Source: Mobula hypostoma | Lineage: Eukaryota | Direction: 5' to 3' | DNA length: 64,000 nucleotides | Assembly (NCBI RefSeq): GCF_963921235.1 | Contig: NC_086108.1 | Coordinates: forward strand, 3,658,001 to 3,722,000 | Program-made: the position numbers and the translations under genes | The notes under the pieces: model-generated | What the model was told of the DNA's origin: nothing | The model's database searches: none | What the model saw: only the letters and a program-made list of their open reading frames with translations | Shown: in pieces, positions 13,512 to 24,660 of the stretch | Layout of the letters: every line of letters begins with the position of its first letter | How positions within the stretch are numbered: the stretch's first letter is position 1

Positions 13512-13910
13512 GTAGGGCAGCGATGAAGGTCCTCCATCTCTGGTGGTGTTCAGGGCTTCATTCATCATGTCAGTAGCTTCCTCTCGGTTTTCACTACCGT
13601 CAGTCACACAAATCCCGGGTGGAGACTCAGGAATACTGTCACACTCAGATGTAGAGTTCTCTTCATTGCTGTTTCCGTAGCAGTTTTGTTTGACCAGTCA
13701 GGGTTGATAGCTCTGAGCTGAACCCCCGAAACTGGAGGACCTGTGGACAACTCTTAGTCTGGCCTCTACCCTTTGACCTGTTTGGCATGGGTGACCCTAC
13801 CAAGAGCCAAAGCATAAGGACCTGACGCCAACCAACATAGCTCCCTGGATCATTGAGGCACACAAACCTCCAAGCACCACGACAAGATAATGGCCTTCTT
13901 GGAGGGGTTT
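13512..13910 (-). mobile_element. RTE-type LINE 5'UTR-like repeat
   Basis: Homologous to the plus-strand copy at 27355-27600 (shared ...TTGGTAGGGTC...CATGCCAAA...GGTCAAAGGGTAGAGGCCAGAC); RTE assignment from remembered Expander/RTE 5' ends. Confidence 0.5.
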
Positions 13911-13917
13911 TAACATA

Positions 13918-14022
13918 GAGCAACACACAAGAATGCTGGAGGAACTCAGCAGGTCAGGAAACATCTCTGGAATTGAATAAACAGTCGAAGTTTCAGGCCA
14001 AGACCTTTCTTCAGACCTGAGG
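13918..14022 (-). mobile_element. Short PLE terminal unit with degenerate hammerhead motif
   Basis: ATGCTGGAGGAACTCAGCAGG tail; reverse complement reads CTGAAGA-AAGGTCTTGGCCT-GAAACTTC-GACTG. Confidence 0.75.
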
Positions 14023-14349
14023 AGCTACCTTTCAGTAGGAGAAGGGAGGACATTGCCCAGTACACCACAGACAGGGATTTTCCCTGCGTCAGGGGGAAGG
14101 CAGACAAATGGACAGAGTGCTTTGCCATTGTCACTATAGGCTAAACTGTATGCACCACAGGGACCCATTTCTTTCATAAACAACCCAAGGTGGTGACTGT
14201 CTCCAGAGGAAGACAATGAGAGTGAAAATTAATGCTGTTAACACCCAGTGACAATCATATTACTGTCCTTCTGAGCTGAGTCTGCAGACCTCACCGTGTA
14301 GAAGAAATTATACACTCAGTCCAAGTGTCTCAGCATTGTGCCATCCTGC

Positions 14350-15290
14350 CGGACCTGTCCCTCAGTCTACAGCTCAGCCAGTTACCTGTGCTGTTACTGA
14401 TCTACCTGTCCCTCAGTCTTCTGGTCTACCTGTCTGTCAGTCTACTGCTCAGCCAGTTACCTGTGCTGTCTTCCGGTCTACCTGTCCCTCAGTCTACTGC
14501 TCAGCCATTTATCTGTCCAGTCTACCAGATACTTTTTCCTCAATCTACAATTCAGCAAGTTACCTGTCCAGTCTACCGGTCTACCTGTATCTTAGTCTAC
14601 AGCTCAGCCAGTTATCTGTCAGGTCTACTGGTCTACCTGTCCCTCAATCTATGGCTCAGCCTGTTATGTATGGGGTCTACCGATCCCTCAGCCAGTTGTC
14701 TGTCCTGTCTAATGGTCTACCTGTCCGTCAGTCTACAGCTCAGCCAATTACCTGGCCGGTCTACTGGTCTAGCTGTCTCTCAGCCTACAGCTCACCCAGT
14801 TTCCTTTCCAGTCTAGTCTACCTGTCCCTCAGTCTACTGGTCTACCTATCCCTGAGTAGCTGGCTGAGCTATATTCTGAGGGACAGGTAGACCGGTAGAC
14901 TGAGGGACAGGTGGACCGGTAGTCCGGACAGGTAACTGGCTGAGCTCTAGTCTGAGGGACAGGTAGATCAGTAGACCAGACAGATAACTGGCTGAACTGA
15001 AGACTGAGAAACAAGTAGACAGGACAGACAGCTGGGTGAGCTGTAGACTGGGGACAGGTAGACCGGTAGACAGACAAACATTGGCTGAGCTGTACATTAA
15101 AAGACAGGTAGATCCGTACACCGGACAGGTAACTGGCTGAGCTGTAGATTGAGGAAAGAGTATCCAGTAGACCTGTCAGATAAATGGCTGAGCTGTAGAC
15201 TGAGGGACAGGTAAACCAGTGACCGGACAGGTAACTGACTGAGCTGTAGACTGAGGGATAGGTCGAATGGTAAACCGGACAGGGATAAAT
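14350..15290. repeat. Degenerate minisatellite arranged as a large inverted (fold-back) repeat
   Basis: Left arm units ACCTGTCCCTCAGTCTACAGCTCAGCCAGTT; right arm units AACTGGCTGAGCTGTAGACTGAGGGACAGGT; orientation switches near 14855. Confidence 0.85.
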
Positions 15291-15319
15291 AGCTAAATGG
15301 GTAGGGCTTCTGACAATGA

Positions 15320-15780
15320 GAGATAAGATAAATAGATAAACAGATAGATAAAATAGCTGGATAGATAGATAGATAAACATATAGACAGACAATAGGTAGA
15401 CAGATGGATAGATAGATAGTTGAATAGATTAACAGATAGATAGATAGATAGACTGATAGATAGACATTTAAACAGATATATGAGGTTCCCACCGGTTTTT
15501 ATGCCATGGTCACTATCATCAGCTGTGAACCCCAGGTTGGGAATCCCTGAGACAGATAAACAGATATATAGACAAACAGGTAGGTAGACTGATAGACAGA
15601 TAGAAAATTAAATCGATAGATAGACAGACAAATAGGTAGATAGACAGGCGGATATGTAGACAGATAAACCAATTGATAGATGGAGATAGATAGTTAAATA
15701 GGTAAACAGACAGACAGGTGGACAGACAAATATTAAGACAGAGGTAGACATGTGCAGACGGAGAGAGGTTGACAGAGTGG
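15320..15780. repeat. (GATA/GACA)n low-complexity region
   Basis: Direct observation. Confidence 0.85.
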
Positions 15781-15974
15781 TAATTAGGGCAGGTCCTGAA
15801 ACTGATGGACAGTCTCAGAAGGATGAACAAATGTACAGGTAACTGGATATTTGGAGAGGATGGAATACGACGGGGACAAATTTAAAACTACTGTTTCAAG
15901 ATGTGTTAAAGCACCACATTCGGTGAAGGTGCTTTGAAGATGCTGTCACGACACCACAGGCACTGAGATAACCT

Positions 15975-16260
15975 CAGTCACACACTCCCCGATACTGAGG
16001 GAGTGTCACACTGTCTGGGAAATGTATATACAGTACTCGTGGAGTGGAGTGGAGTGTTAACCCACAGTCACACACTCCCCGATACTGAGGGAGTGTCACA
16101 TTGTCTGGGAAATGTACATACTCGGGGAGTGGAGTGGAGTGTTAACCCACAGTCACACACTCCCCGACAATGAGGGAGTGTCACACTGTCTGGGAAATGT
16201 ATATACAGTACTCGTGGAGTGGAGTGGAGTGGAGTGTTAACCCGCAGTCACACATTCCCT
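15975..16260. repeat. ~85-95 bp tandem repeat, 3 copies plus a partial
   Basis: CAGTCACACACTCCCCGATACTGAGGGAGTGTCACACTGTCTGGGAAATG...(GGAGT)n units starting near 15976, 16065, 16150, 16245. Confidence 0.9.
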
Positions 16261-16825
16261 GATTGAATGTATGCCTTCAAGCTCAATAGGCCTTATCTTA
16301 TGGTGTTATGTCAAGGACCCCTCCATACCAGACATTCTCCCTTTTCTCCCATCCCATCACACACTGCCTATCTATCCCACTGTTGTCAGACTCCTGAATA
16401 GACTTCCTGTACAATAGGCATGAACTCTGGATCTCCTAATCTACCTTAGACCTTGAACGGGTTTATGATCCATTCAGAAATCTGATGACATGGTGCAGGT
16501 TGCAGTGATGAAGCTGTTGCTGAAATGTTGAGTGTGGGTCTTCAGGCTTCTGGAGCTCCTCTCTGCTGGTAGCTCTGAGGGCACGTCCTGGGTGATGGGA
16601 GTCCTCGCCGATGGGTGCCTCCTTCTTGAGGCATCACCTCTTAAAGCTAGAGCCTGTGATGGAGCTGGCAGAGTTTACAACCCCTCTGCAGGTTTTCCCA
16701 TCCTGTGCCACTGGGTTCAACTAGTTTGAATGCTCCCCACACTCCTTCAGTGGAAATTTCTAGGAACGGGGCTTGTTTTGCCATTGTTATCTTGTTGTTT
16801 GTGGGCTTTCAGGTGCCTGCACCTC

Positions 16826-16902
16826 AGGAGTTCCCAACCTGGGGTCCATGAATCCCTTGGTTAGTGATTGGGGTGTTTGGTATAAAAGGGTTGGGAACCC
16901 TG
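16826..16902. mobile_element. ~80-bp hAT(Charlie)-like MITE
   Basis: Termini CAGGAGTTCCCAACC / GGTTGGGAACCCTG; related copies at ~15482-15549, 28343-28424, 42689-42752. Confidence 0.65.
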
Positions 16903-17139
16903 CTGTACCTCCTCCCAGATGATAGTATGATGGATTCCAACAAGTGAATGTGAGAAAGTGGACTTTTATTTAATTAACTGGGATAGTCGGAATTTTTTAC
17001 CGGTCTGAGTGGGATATAGGACAGAAGAGATCACTTGCCAAAGTCACACTTATTTACTTCCTTGTAAAGAGATCTGATGAAGGGTCTCAGCCTGAAATAT
17101 TGACTGTTCATTCTGCACCCCGCCCCCATAGATGTTGTC

Positions 17140-17712
17140 TGAGGCTCCTTAAGGTTGTTATAGCTGGGGCTGGTAGTGGGGACAAGCTCCTGCAACCTAC
17201 TAAATGCTCCCAATGGTGTGTGACTTAAATAGCCTCTGACAACCAAGTCCAGCTGCTGCCCTTCACGTGTGGCTTAACTACTAAGCCTGGTGGAATTGTT
17301 TCTACTGACAGGAGAAGGAGCAAAAGAAAGTTACTGGTACCTTACAACCAGTCACTTCAGGCGGATGGGTCTCATTAGCCATGGTTGGCAGCTCATCTAG
17401 GAGAAGGAAAACTCTGACCTCAAATCTCTGCTGCCCTGCGGCTGTATCCACTCATGGAGAAGACCAGGAGTAAACTCCTGATGGAAAAAATCCGGAGCTG
17501 AAGTCCCTAAGGCAGTCCTATATTGCTCAACGCTGCCTGGCAACTTCTGCCGCTGGTGCCAAACTTATCGGCCACTGCAGTTCCTTTGGGCTCATCAGAT
17601 ACATGGAGAGGGGGGCCTGTTACCTGGGCAACAGCTGGCTCTCCATATCGTACTTGCATATCTAGACTGCTAGGATTCAACATCCATAGTGGACCATGAC
17701 TAGCGGAGGCCT
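17140..17712 (+). mobile_element. Probable RTE-type LINE 5' region, inserted inside a short PLE terminal unit
   Basis: GGCAGCTCATCTAGGAGAAGGAAAACTCTG resembles RTE 5'UTRs (from memory); PLE unit is split (hammerhead ~17072-17106, tail CTGACCTGCTGAGTTCCTCCAG ~17727-17748). Confidence 0.45.
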
Positions 17713-17769
17713 CATTCAGCTGCCGCCTGACCTGCTGAGTTCCTCCAGTCCTCTATTGTAGTTTTGTTT

Positions 17770-17965
17770 ATTGGGAGATACAGCAGGGTAGCAGGTCCTT
17801 CTGCCGACTAAGCTCACGCCACTCAAACACACCCATGTGACCAATTCACTGCCAACCTGTACACCTTGGAATGTGTGAGCAGACAGGGGCACCCTAAGGA
17901 ATCCCGTGTGGGAACGTGCAAACTCCTCGCAGGCAGAGGCAGGAGTTGAATCCCAGTTGCTGCCG
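17770..17965 (-). mobile_element. Decayed V-SINE-like element
   Basis: Reverse-complement similarity to the SINEs at 2810 and 22265; further minus copies at ~27765-27990, 28960-29185, 48310-48420. Confidence 0.55.
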
Positions 17966-18004
17966 CGGTACTAGAGTCTATCTACGTGAGATGCTGCGTG
18001 AGAT

Positions 18005-18440
18005 GTAGGACAGCAGCATCCATTATCAGAGATCCCCACCACCCAGGCCATGGTGTTTTCTCGCTGCCGCCATCAGGTAGCAGGTACAAGAGCATCAGGA
18101 CTCGCGCCAGCAGGTTCGGGAACAGTTACTACCCCTAACCATCAGGTTCTTGAACAAAAGGAAATAACGACACTCACCTATTGAGATGTTTCCCACAATC
18201 AATGATCTCACTTTAAGGACTCTTTATCTCATTATCTCATCTTCTTGTTATTTATTGCTATTTATTTATATTTGCATTTGCGCAGTTTGTTGCACTCTGG
18301 TTGATCTTTCATTGATCCTGTTACAGTTACTGTTCTTTTTTTCTTCTGCTGGGTATGCCCACAAGAAAATGAATCTCAGTATTGTATATAGTGACATACA
18401 CAGTCTGTACTTTGAGAATATATTTACTTTGAACTTTGAG
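18005..18440 (+). mobile_element. Rex1/Babar LINE 3' fragment
   Basis: IIRDPHHPGH...LPPSGSRYKS; closely similar to 63460-63950; tail TTTACTTTGAACTTTG. Confidence 0.85.
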
Positions 18441-18503
18441 TTACACTAACTGGCTATGCTACCATAGTACCACTTTTGTGTGTGTTGTAAAGAGAAGGGG
18501 AAT

Positions 18504-18753
18504 AAACATAGAAACATAGAAAACCTACAACACAATACAGGCCCTCTGGCCCACAAAGCTGTGCTGAACATGTCCCTACCTTAGAAATTACTAGGCTTAC
18601 CCATAGCCCTCTATTTTTCTAAGCTCCATGTACCTGTCCAGGAGTCTCTTAAAAGACCCTATCGTATCCACCTTCACCACTGTCACCAGCAGCCCATTCC
18701 ACGCACTCACCATTCTCTGCGTAAAAAACTTACCCCTGACATCTCCTCTGTAC
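18504..18753 (-). mobile_element. CR1 LINE 3' terminal fragment
   Basis: Highly similar to 18915-19160 and 4309-4556. Confidence 0.9.
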
Positions 18754-18914
18754 CCAATCATCCTGTGACTTGGCTATGAATAAATAGGGCATTTGCTGGG
18801 TGGCAAGGCATGAACGGCCAGAAGGGCCTATTCTACACTGTATCTCACTAAATGATAAATAAATAAATAGATAGATAGATAAACAGAACCTCCTTATCCA
18901 CCCCTCACACACAC

Positions 18915-21900
18915 AGAAACATAGAAAGCCTACAGCACAATACAGGCCCTTTGGCCCACAAAGCTGTGCCGAACATGCCCCCACCTTAGAAATTACTAGG
19001 CTTACCTATAGCCCTCTATTTTACTAAGCTCCATGTACCTATCCAAAAGTCTGTTAAAAGACCCTATCGTACCCGCCTCCACCACCATCACCGGCAGCCC
19101 ATTCCACACACTCACCACTCCCTGAGTAAAAAAACTTACCCCTGACATCTCCTCTGTACCTACTCCCCAGCACCTTAAACCTGTGTCCTCTTGTGGCAGC
19201 CGTTTCAGCCTTGGGATAAAGCCTCTGACTATCCACAAGATCAATGCCTCTCCTCATCTTATACACCTCTATCAGGTCACCTCTCATCCTCTGTTGCTCC
19301 AAGGAGAAAAGGCCGAGTTCACTGAACCTGTTTTCATAAGGCATGCTCCCCAATCCAGGCAACGTCCTTGTAAATCTCCTCTGCACCCTTTCTATGGCTT
19401 CCACATCCTTCCTGTAGTGAGGCGACCAGAACTGAGCACAGTACTCCAAGTGGGGTCTGACCAGGGCTATATAGCTGCAATATTACCTCTCTGCTTCTAA
19501 ATTCAATTCCATGACTGATGAAGGCCAATACACCGTATGTCTTCTTAACCACAGAGTTAACCTGCACAGCAGCTTTGAGTGTCCTATGGACTCAGACCCC
19601 AAGATCCCTCTGATCCTCCACACTGCCAAGAGTCTTACCATTAATACTGCCATCATATTTGACCTACCAAAATGAACCACTTCACACTTATCTGGGTTGA
19701 ACTCCATCTGCCACTTCTCAGCCCAGTTTTGCATCCTATAGATGTCCCACTGTAACCTCTGCCAGCCCTCCACACTATCCACAACACCTCCAACCTTTGT
19801 GTCATCAGCAAATTTACTAACCCATCTCTCCACTTCCTCATCCAGGTCATTTATAAAATTCACGAAGAGTAAGGGTCCCAGAACAGACCCCTGAGGCACG
19901 CCACTGGTGACCAACCTCCATGCAGAATATGACCCATCTACAACCACTCTTTGTCTTCTGTGGGCAAGCCAGTTCTGGATCCACAAAGCAATGTCCCTTG
20001 GATCCCATGCCTCCTTACTTTCTCAATAAGCCTTATCAAATGCCTTGCTGAAATCCATATACACTACATCTACTGCTCTTCCTTCATCAATGTGTTTAGT
20101 CACATCCTCAAAAAATTCAATCAGGCTCGTAAGGCACGGCCTGCCCTTGACAAAGCCATGTTGACTATTCTTAATCATATTATACCTCTCCAAATGTTCA
20201 TAAATCCTGCCTCTCAGGATCTTCTCCAACAGCTTACCAACCACTGAAGTAAGACTCACTGGTCTATAATTTCCTGGGCTATTCCTACTCCCTTTCTTGA
20301 ATAAAGGAACAACATCCATAGCCCTCCAATCCTCCAGAACCTCTCCCATTCCCACTGATGATGCAAAGATCATTTCCAGAGGCTCAGCAATCTCCTCCCT
20401 CGCCTCCCACAGTAGCCTGGGGTACATCCCGTCCAGTCCCGGTGACTTATCCAACTTGATGCTTTCCAAAAGCTCCAGCACATCCTCTTCCTTAATATCT
20501 ACATGCTCAAGCTTTTCAGTCCACTGCAAGTCATCACTACAATCACCAAGATCCTTTTCCATAGTGAATACTGAAGCAAAGTATTCATTAAGTACCTCTG
20601 CTATTTCCTTCGGTTCCATACACACTTTCCTGCTGTCACATTTGATATTCTTTCACATCTTATCCTCTTGCTCTTCACATACTCGTAGAATGCTTTGGGG
20701 TTTTCCTTAATCCTGCCCACCAAGGCCTTCTCATGGCCCCATCTGGCTCTCCTAATTTCCTTCTTAAGTTCCTTCCTGTTAGCCTTATAATCTTCTAGAT
20801 CTCTAACATTACCTAGCTCTCTGAACCTTTTGTAAACTTTTCTTTTCTTCTTGACTAGATTTATTACAGCCTTTGTACACCACAGGTCTTGTACCCTATC
20901 ATAACTTCCCTGTCTCATTGGAACGTACCTCTGCAGAACTCCACACAAATATCCCGTGAACATTTGCCACATTTCTTCTGGACTTTTCCCTGAGAACATC
21001 TGTTCCCAATTTAAGTTTCCAATTTCCTGCCTGATAGCCTCATAATTCCCCTTACTCCAATTAAACACTTTTCTAACTTGTCTGTTCCTATCTCTCTCCA
21101 ATGCTATTGTAAAGGAAGTAGAATTATGATCACTATCTCCAAAATGCTCTCCCACTGAGAGATCTGACACCTGACCAGGTTCATTTCCCAATACCAAATC
21201 AAGTACAGTCTCTCCTCTTGTAGGCTTATCTACATATTATGTCAGGAAACCCTCCTGAACACACCTAACAAACTCCACCCCATCTAAACCCCTTGGTCTA
21301 GAGAAATGCCAATCAATATTTGGGAAATTAAAATCTCCCATCACGACAACTCTGTTATTATTACACCTTTCCAGGATCTCTTTCCCTATCTGCTTCTCGA
21401 TATCCCTGTTACTATTGGGCGGCCTATAAAAAACACTCAGCAAAGTTATTGACCCCTTCTTGTTCTTAACCTCCACCCACAGAGACTCTGTAGACAATCC
21501 CTCCGTGAATGTCCACCTTTTCTGCAGCCGTGACACTATCCCTGATCAACAGTGCCACACCCCCACCTCTTTTGCCTCCCTCCCTGTCCTTTCTGAAACA
21601 TCTAAAACCCAGCACTTGAAGTAACCATTCCTGCCCCTGAGCCATCCAAGTCTCTGTAATGTCCACCACATCATAGCTCCAAGTACTGATCCACGCTCTA
21701 AGCTCATCCACTTTGTTCACAATATTCCTTGCGTTAAAATAGACACATCTCAAACCTTCAGTCTGAGCGTGTCCCTTCTCTATCACCTGCCTATCCTCTC
21801 TCACACACTGTCTCCAAGCTTTCTCTATTTGTGAGCCAACCGCCTCTTCCTCCGTCTCTTCAGTTTGGTTCCCACCCCCCAGCAATTCTAGTTTAAATTC

Positions 21901-22020
21901 CCTCCAATAGCCTTAGCAAACCTCCCCGCCAGGATATTGGTTCCCCTGGGATTCAAGTGCAACCCGTCCTTTTTGTACAGGTCACACCTGCCCCAATAGA
22001 GGTCCCAATGATCCAGAAAT
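18915..22020 (-). mobile_element. CR1 LINE, near-complete ORF2 plus the end of an ORF1 SGNH-esterase-like domain; frameshifted
   Basis: YFNARNIVNKVDEL, ITETWM, YRPPNS, MGDFNFP (APE); [27 protein letters not shown] (RT); DLYKKDGLHLNPRGTNILA (ORF1 esterase end). Confidence 0.95.
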
Positions 22021-22264
22021 GTACAAACTCTGGGAGCTGTGGTGATGCAGGCAAATCCAGTTTCCTTTCCATTGGATTTGGGATATTTTTCCCACATTTT
22101 TGAGGTACTGCACTCTACAATCCCAAAACTCCTTTGGGAAAATACAGCACCTTTGACAATTTATGGAACTCCCTGTGACCCTTGACTGACCAGTTGAAGG
22201 GGAGTAATCGAGATGCCATTAGGAACCTAAAATCTTTGTCAAGACCATGCTGAAAACCCAGGAT

Positions 22265-22592
22265 TTAGGGCGCCACATAGTGTAGCAGATAGCATAACAC
22301 CTTGCAGCGCCAACGATCGAGGTTCAAATCCCGCCAAGGTCTGTAAGGATGTAACGTTTGTGCATTCACCCTGTGACCATGGGGGTTTCCTCCGGATGGT
22401 CCTGTTTCCTCCCACAGTCCAAAGACGTACGGGTTAGGGTTAGTAAGCTGTGGGCGTACTGTTTTGGTCTGGAATTGTGACAACACTTGTGGGCAGCCCC
22501 CAGCGCATTCTTGGACAGTATTGATAGTTGATGCAATCAACACATTTCACCGTTTGTTTTGATGTACGTGTGACAAATAAAGGTAATCTTCA
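22265..22592 (+). mobile_element. V-SINE-like element
   Basis: GGTTCAAATCC B-box; GGGTTTCCTCCGGATGGTCCTGTTTCCTCCCACAGTCCAAAGACGTAC. Confidence 0.75.
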
Positions 22593-22689
22593 TTTTTGTC
22601 TATAATGGCAGATTTAATGTGCCACCTTCCTTTCTCCCACCCAGCCAAACTTGTCAAATATCTCCTACTGTGCCCGAACCAGGAGAAAC

Positions 22690-23800
22690 TACACGGGCCT
22701 CACCGGTCTCTTACTTGCTATTTACTGCCTGTTACACCGCTTGGTGTTTAGGACAGCAATGAAAGTCCTTGATCTTTGTCTGTCCGTGGCTATCTTTTCT
22801 ATTTTGTCCCAGGTGTGGTTCAGGGTCCTCATTTCTGTCTCTACCGTACAGCGGCAAATTGTCTGTGGTTTCCCACATTTCCTCCGCCCTCCAGGGGTTC
22901 AATGAAGTGCTGTCTTGATGATGGAGCTGGCCTCTCTTCTCATCACGTGCCCAACCCATCTCCAACATTTCCTCATGATGATGGAGCTGGCCTCTCTTCT
23001 CATCACGTGCCCAACCCATCTCCAACATTTCCTCATGATGATGGAGCTGGCCTCTCTTCTCATCACGTGCCCAACCCATCTCCAACATTTCCTCATGATG
23101 ATGGAGCTGGCCTCTCTTCTCATCACGTGCCGAACCCTTCTCCAACATTTCCTCATGATGATGGAGCTGGCCTCTCTTCTCATCACGTGCCGAACCCATC
23201 TCCAACATTTCCTCATGATGATGGAGCTGGCCTCTCTTCTCATCACGTGCCCAACCCTTCTCCAACATTTCCTCATGATGATGGAGCTGGCCTCTCTTCT
23301 CATCACGTGCCGAACCCTTCTCCAACATTTCCTCTTGATGATGGAGCTGGCCTCTCTTCTCATCACGTGCCGAACCCTTCTCCAACATTTCCTCTTGATG
23401 ATGGAGCTGGCCTCTCTTCTCATCACGTGCCGAACCCTTCTCCAACATTTCCTCTTGATGATGGAGCTGGCCTCTCTTCTCATCACGTGCCCAACCCATC
23501 TCCAACATTTCCTCATGATGATGGAGCTGGCCTCTCTTCTCATCACGTGCCGAACCCTTCTCCAACATTTCCTCATGATGATGGAGCTGGCCTCTCTTCT
23601 CATCACGTGCCGAACCCATCTCCAACGTTTCCTCATGATGATGGAGCTGGCCTCTCTTCTCATCATGTGCCCAACCCTTCTCCAACATTTCCTCATGATG
23701 ATGGAGCTGGCCTCTCTTCTCATCACGTGCCCAACCCTTCTCCAACATTTCCTCATGATGGTTGTGACCATGTCCTCTTGGAGACACTGAAGAAGTGGTT
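22690..23800 (-). mobile_element. RTE LINE 3' fragment hosting a 60-bp tandem expansion
   Basis: Minus strand WRWVGHVMRREASSIIKTALH*TPGGRRKCGKPQT matches the RTE ORF C-terminal motif (W.GHV.R...W.P.G.R..GRP). Confidence 0.85.
22921..23760. repeat. 60-bp minisatellite, 14 near-identical copies
   Basis: ATGGAGCTGGCCTCTCTTCTCATCACGTGCCCAACCCATCTCCAACATTTCCTCATGATG repeated line for line. Confidence 0.98.
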
Positions 23801-24194
23801 GGAGATCTCAGCTCAGAGTATAATGGACAATGGCAATAGGATAAGATCATACTCCCCTTCCTGACCATTCTATCATCCAATTATCTTCTGTCTCAGCACA
23901 GTCTCAAGCACCAATCCCTTGACCTCCTTTAATTTTGAACATCTCTCAGTTTTCTTGGGTGGCGGGGTGAAGATACATCTTTGGTGTAAGGTATTTGTTC
24001 CCTCCGCTAGCCTGCAGGTCGCCTTTGGGTGAGGTGTAGCACCTGCTTAGCACCCCCCCCCCATCAGAGTCACGTGAAGCCATGGGAGCAGGTGATAGAT
24101 GGTCGTGCGAGCAGCCGGTGCAGATCACAAGTCCTGGTTATGCGACTGCTGATGCCGGGCAGAGAAAGGATTTTGTGCTTTCCTGGCATGTATG

Positions 24195-24660
24195 ACCCTT
24201 CTCGGGCTTCCTGCCGGGTACAGGTATCAACTATAACCAACTCTGCCACTTTCATCAGGGATTATGCCTAAGCATGTCTAGTCCGGTGGTATTTATGCCC
24301 CCGTTGTCCATCCCTCCTGATTGGTTAGTCCTCATCCAATTAGCTTTCCACTGTCCCACCTTGTTTTTAATCGAATTCCCGTTCTTACTTAGAGCGAGAT
24401 CTTCATCTTTGTTGAAATTCTTTTCCTCGAGTTTCAATGGCTTCCTTCCCCAAGCGATCCCAAAGGCCATTGGCACGGCACAGTAGTTTTGTGCTATCCA
24501 AGCCAATCCTATGGCCATTGCAAATGCAATGATCTGCTACCGCCGATTTCTCCTGGTAACCCAGATGAATACATCTCCTGTGCTCCTTGACACAGGTTTG
24601 CACTGTGCGTCACATCAAGCTGATACACACTGCTTCGCAATCACAAGGAATCCAGCCCAT
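24195..24660 (-). mobile_element. Penelope-like element 3' fragment (GIY-YIG C-terminal part, Poseidon-like)
   Basis: QTCVKEHRRCIHLGYQEKSAVADHCICNGHRIGLD...LGKEAIE, then NKDEDLALSKNG. Confidence 0.8.

Noticed and set aside
22732..23880. His/Glu-rich 382-aa repetitive protein
   Set aside because: Alternative-frame translation of the RTE-derived 60-bp array; no gene structure evident
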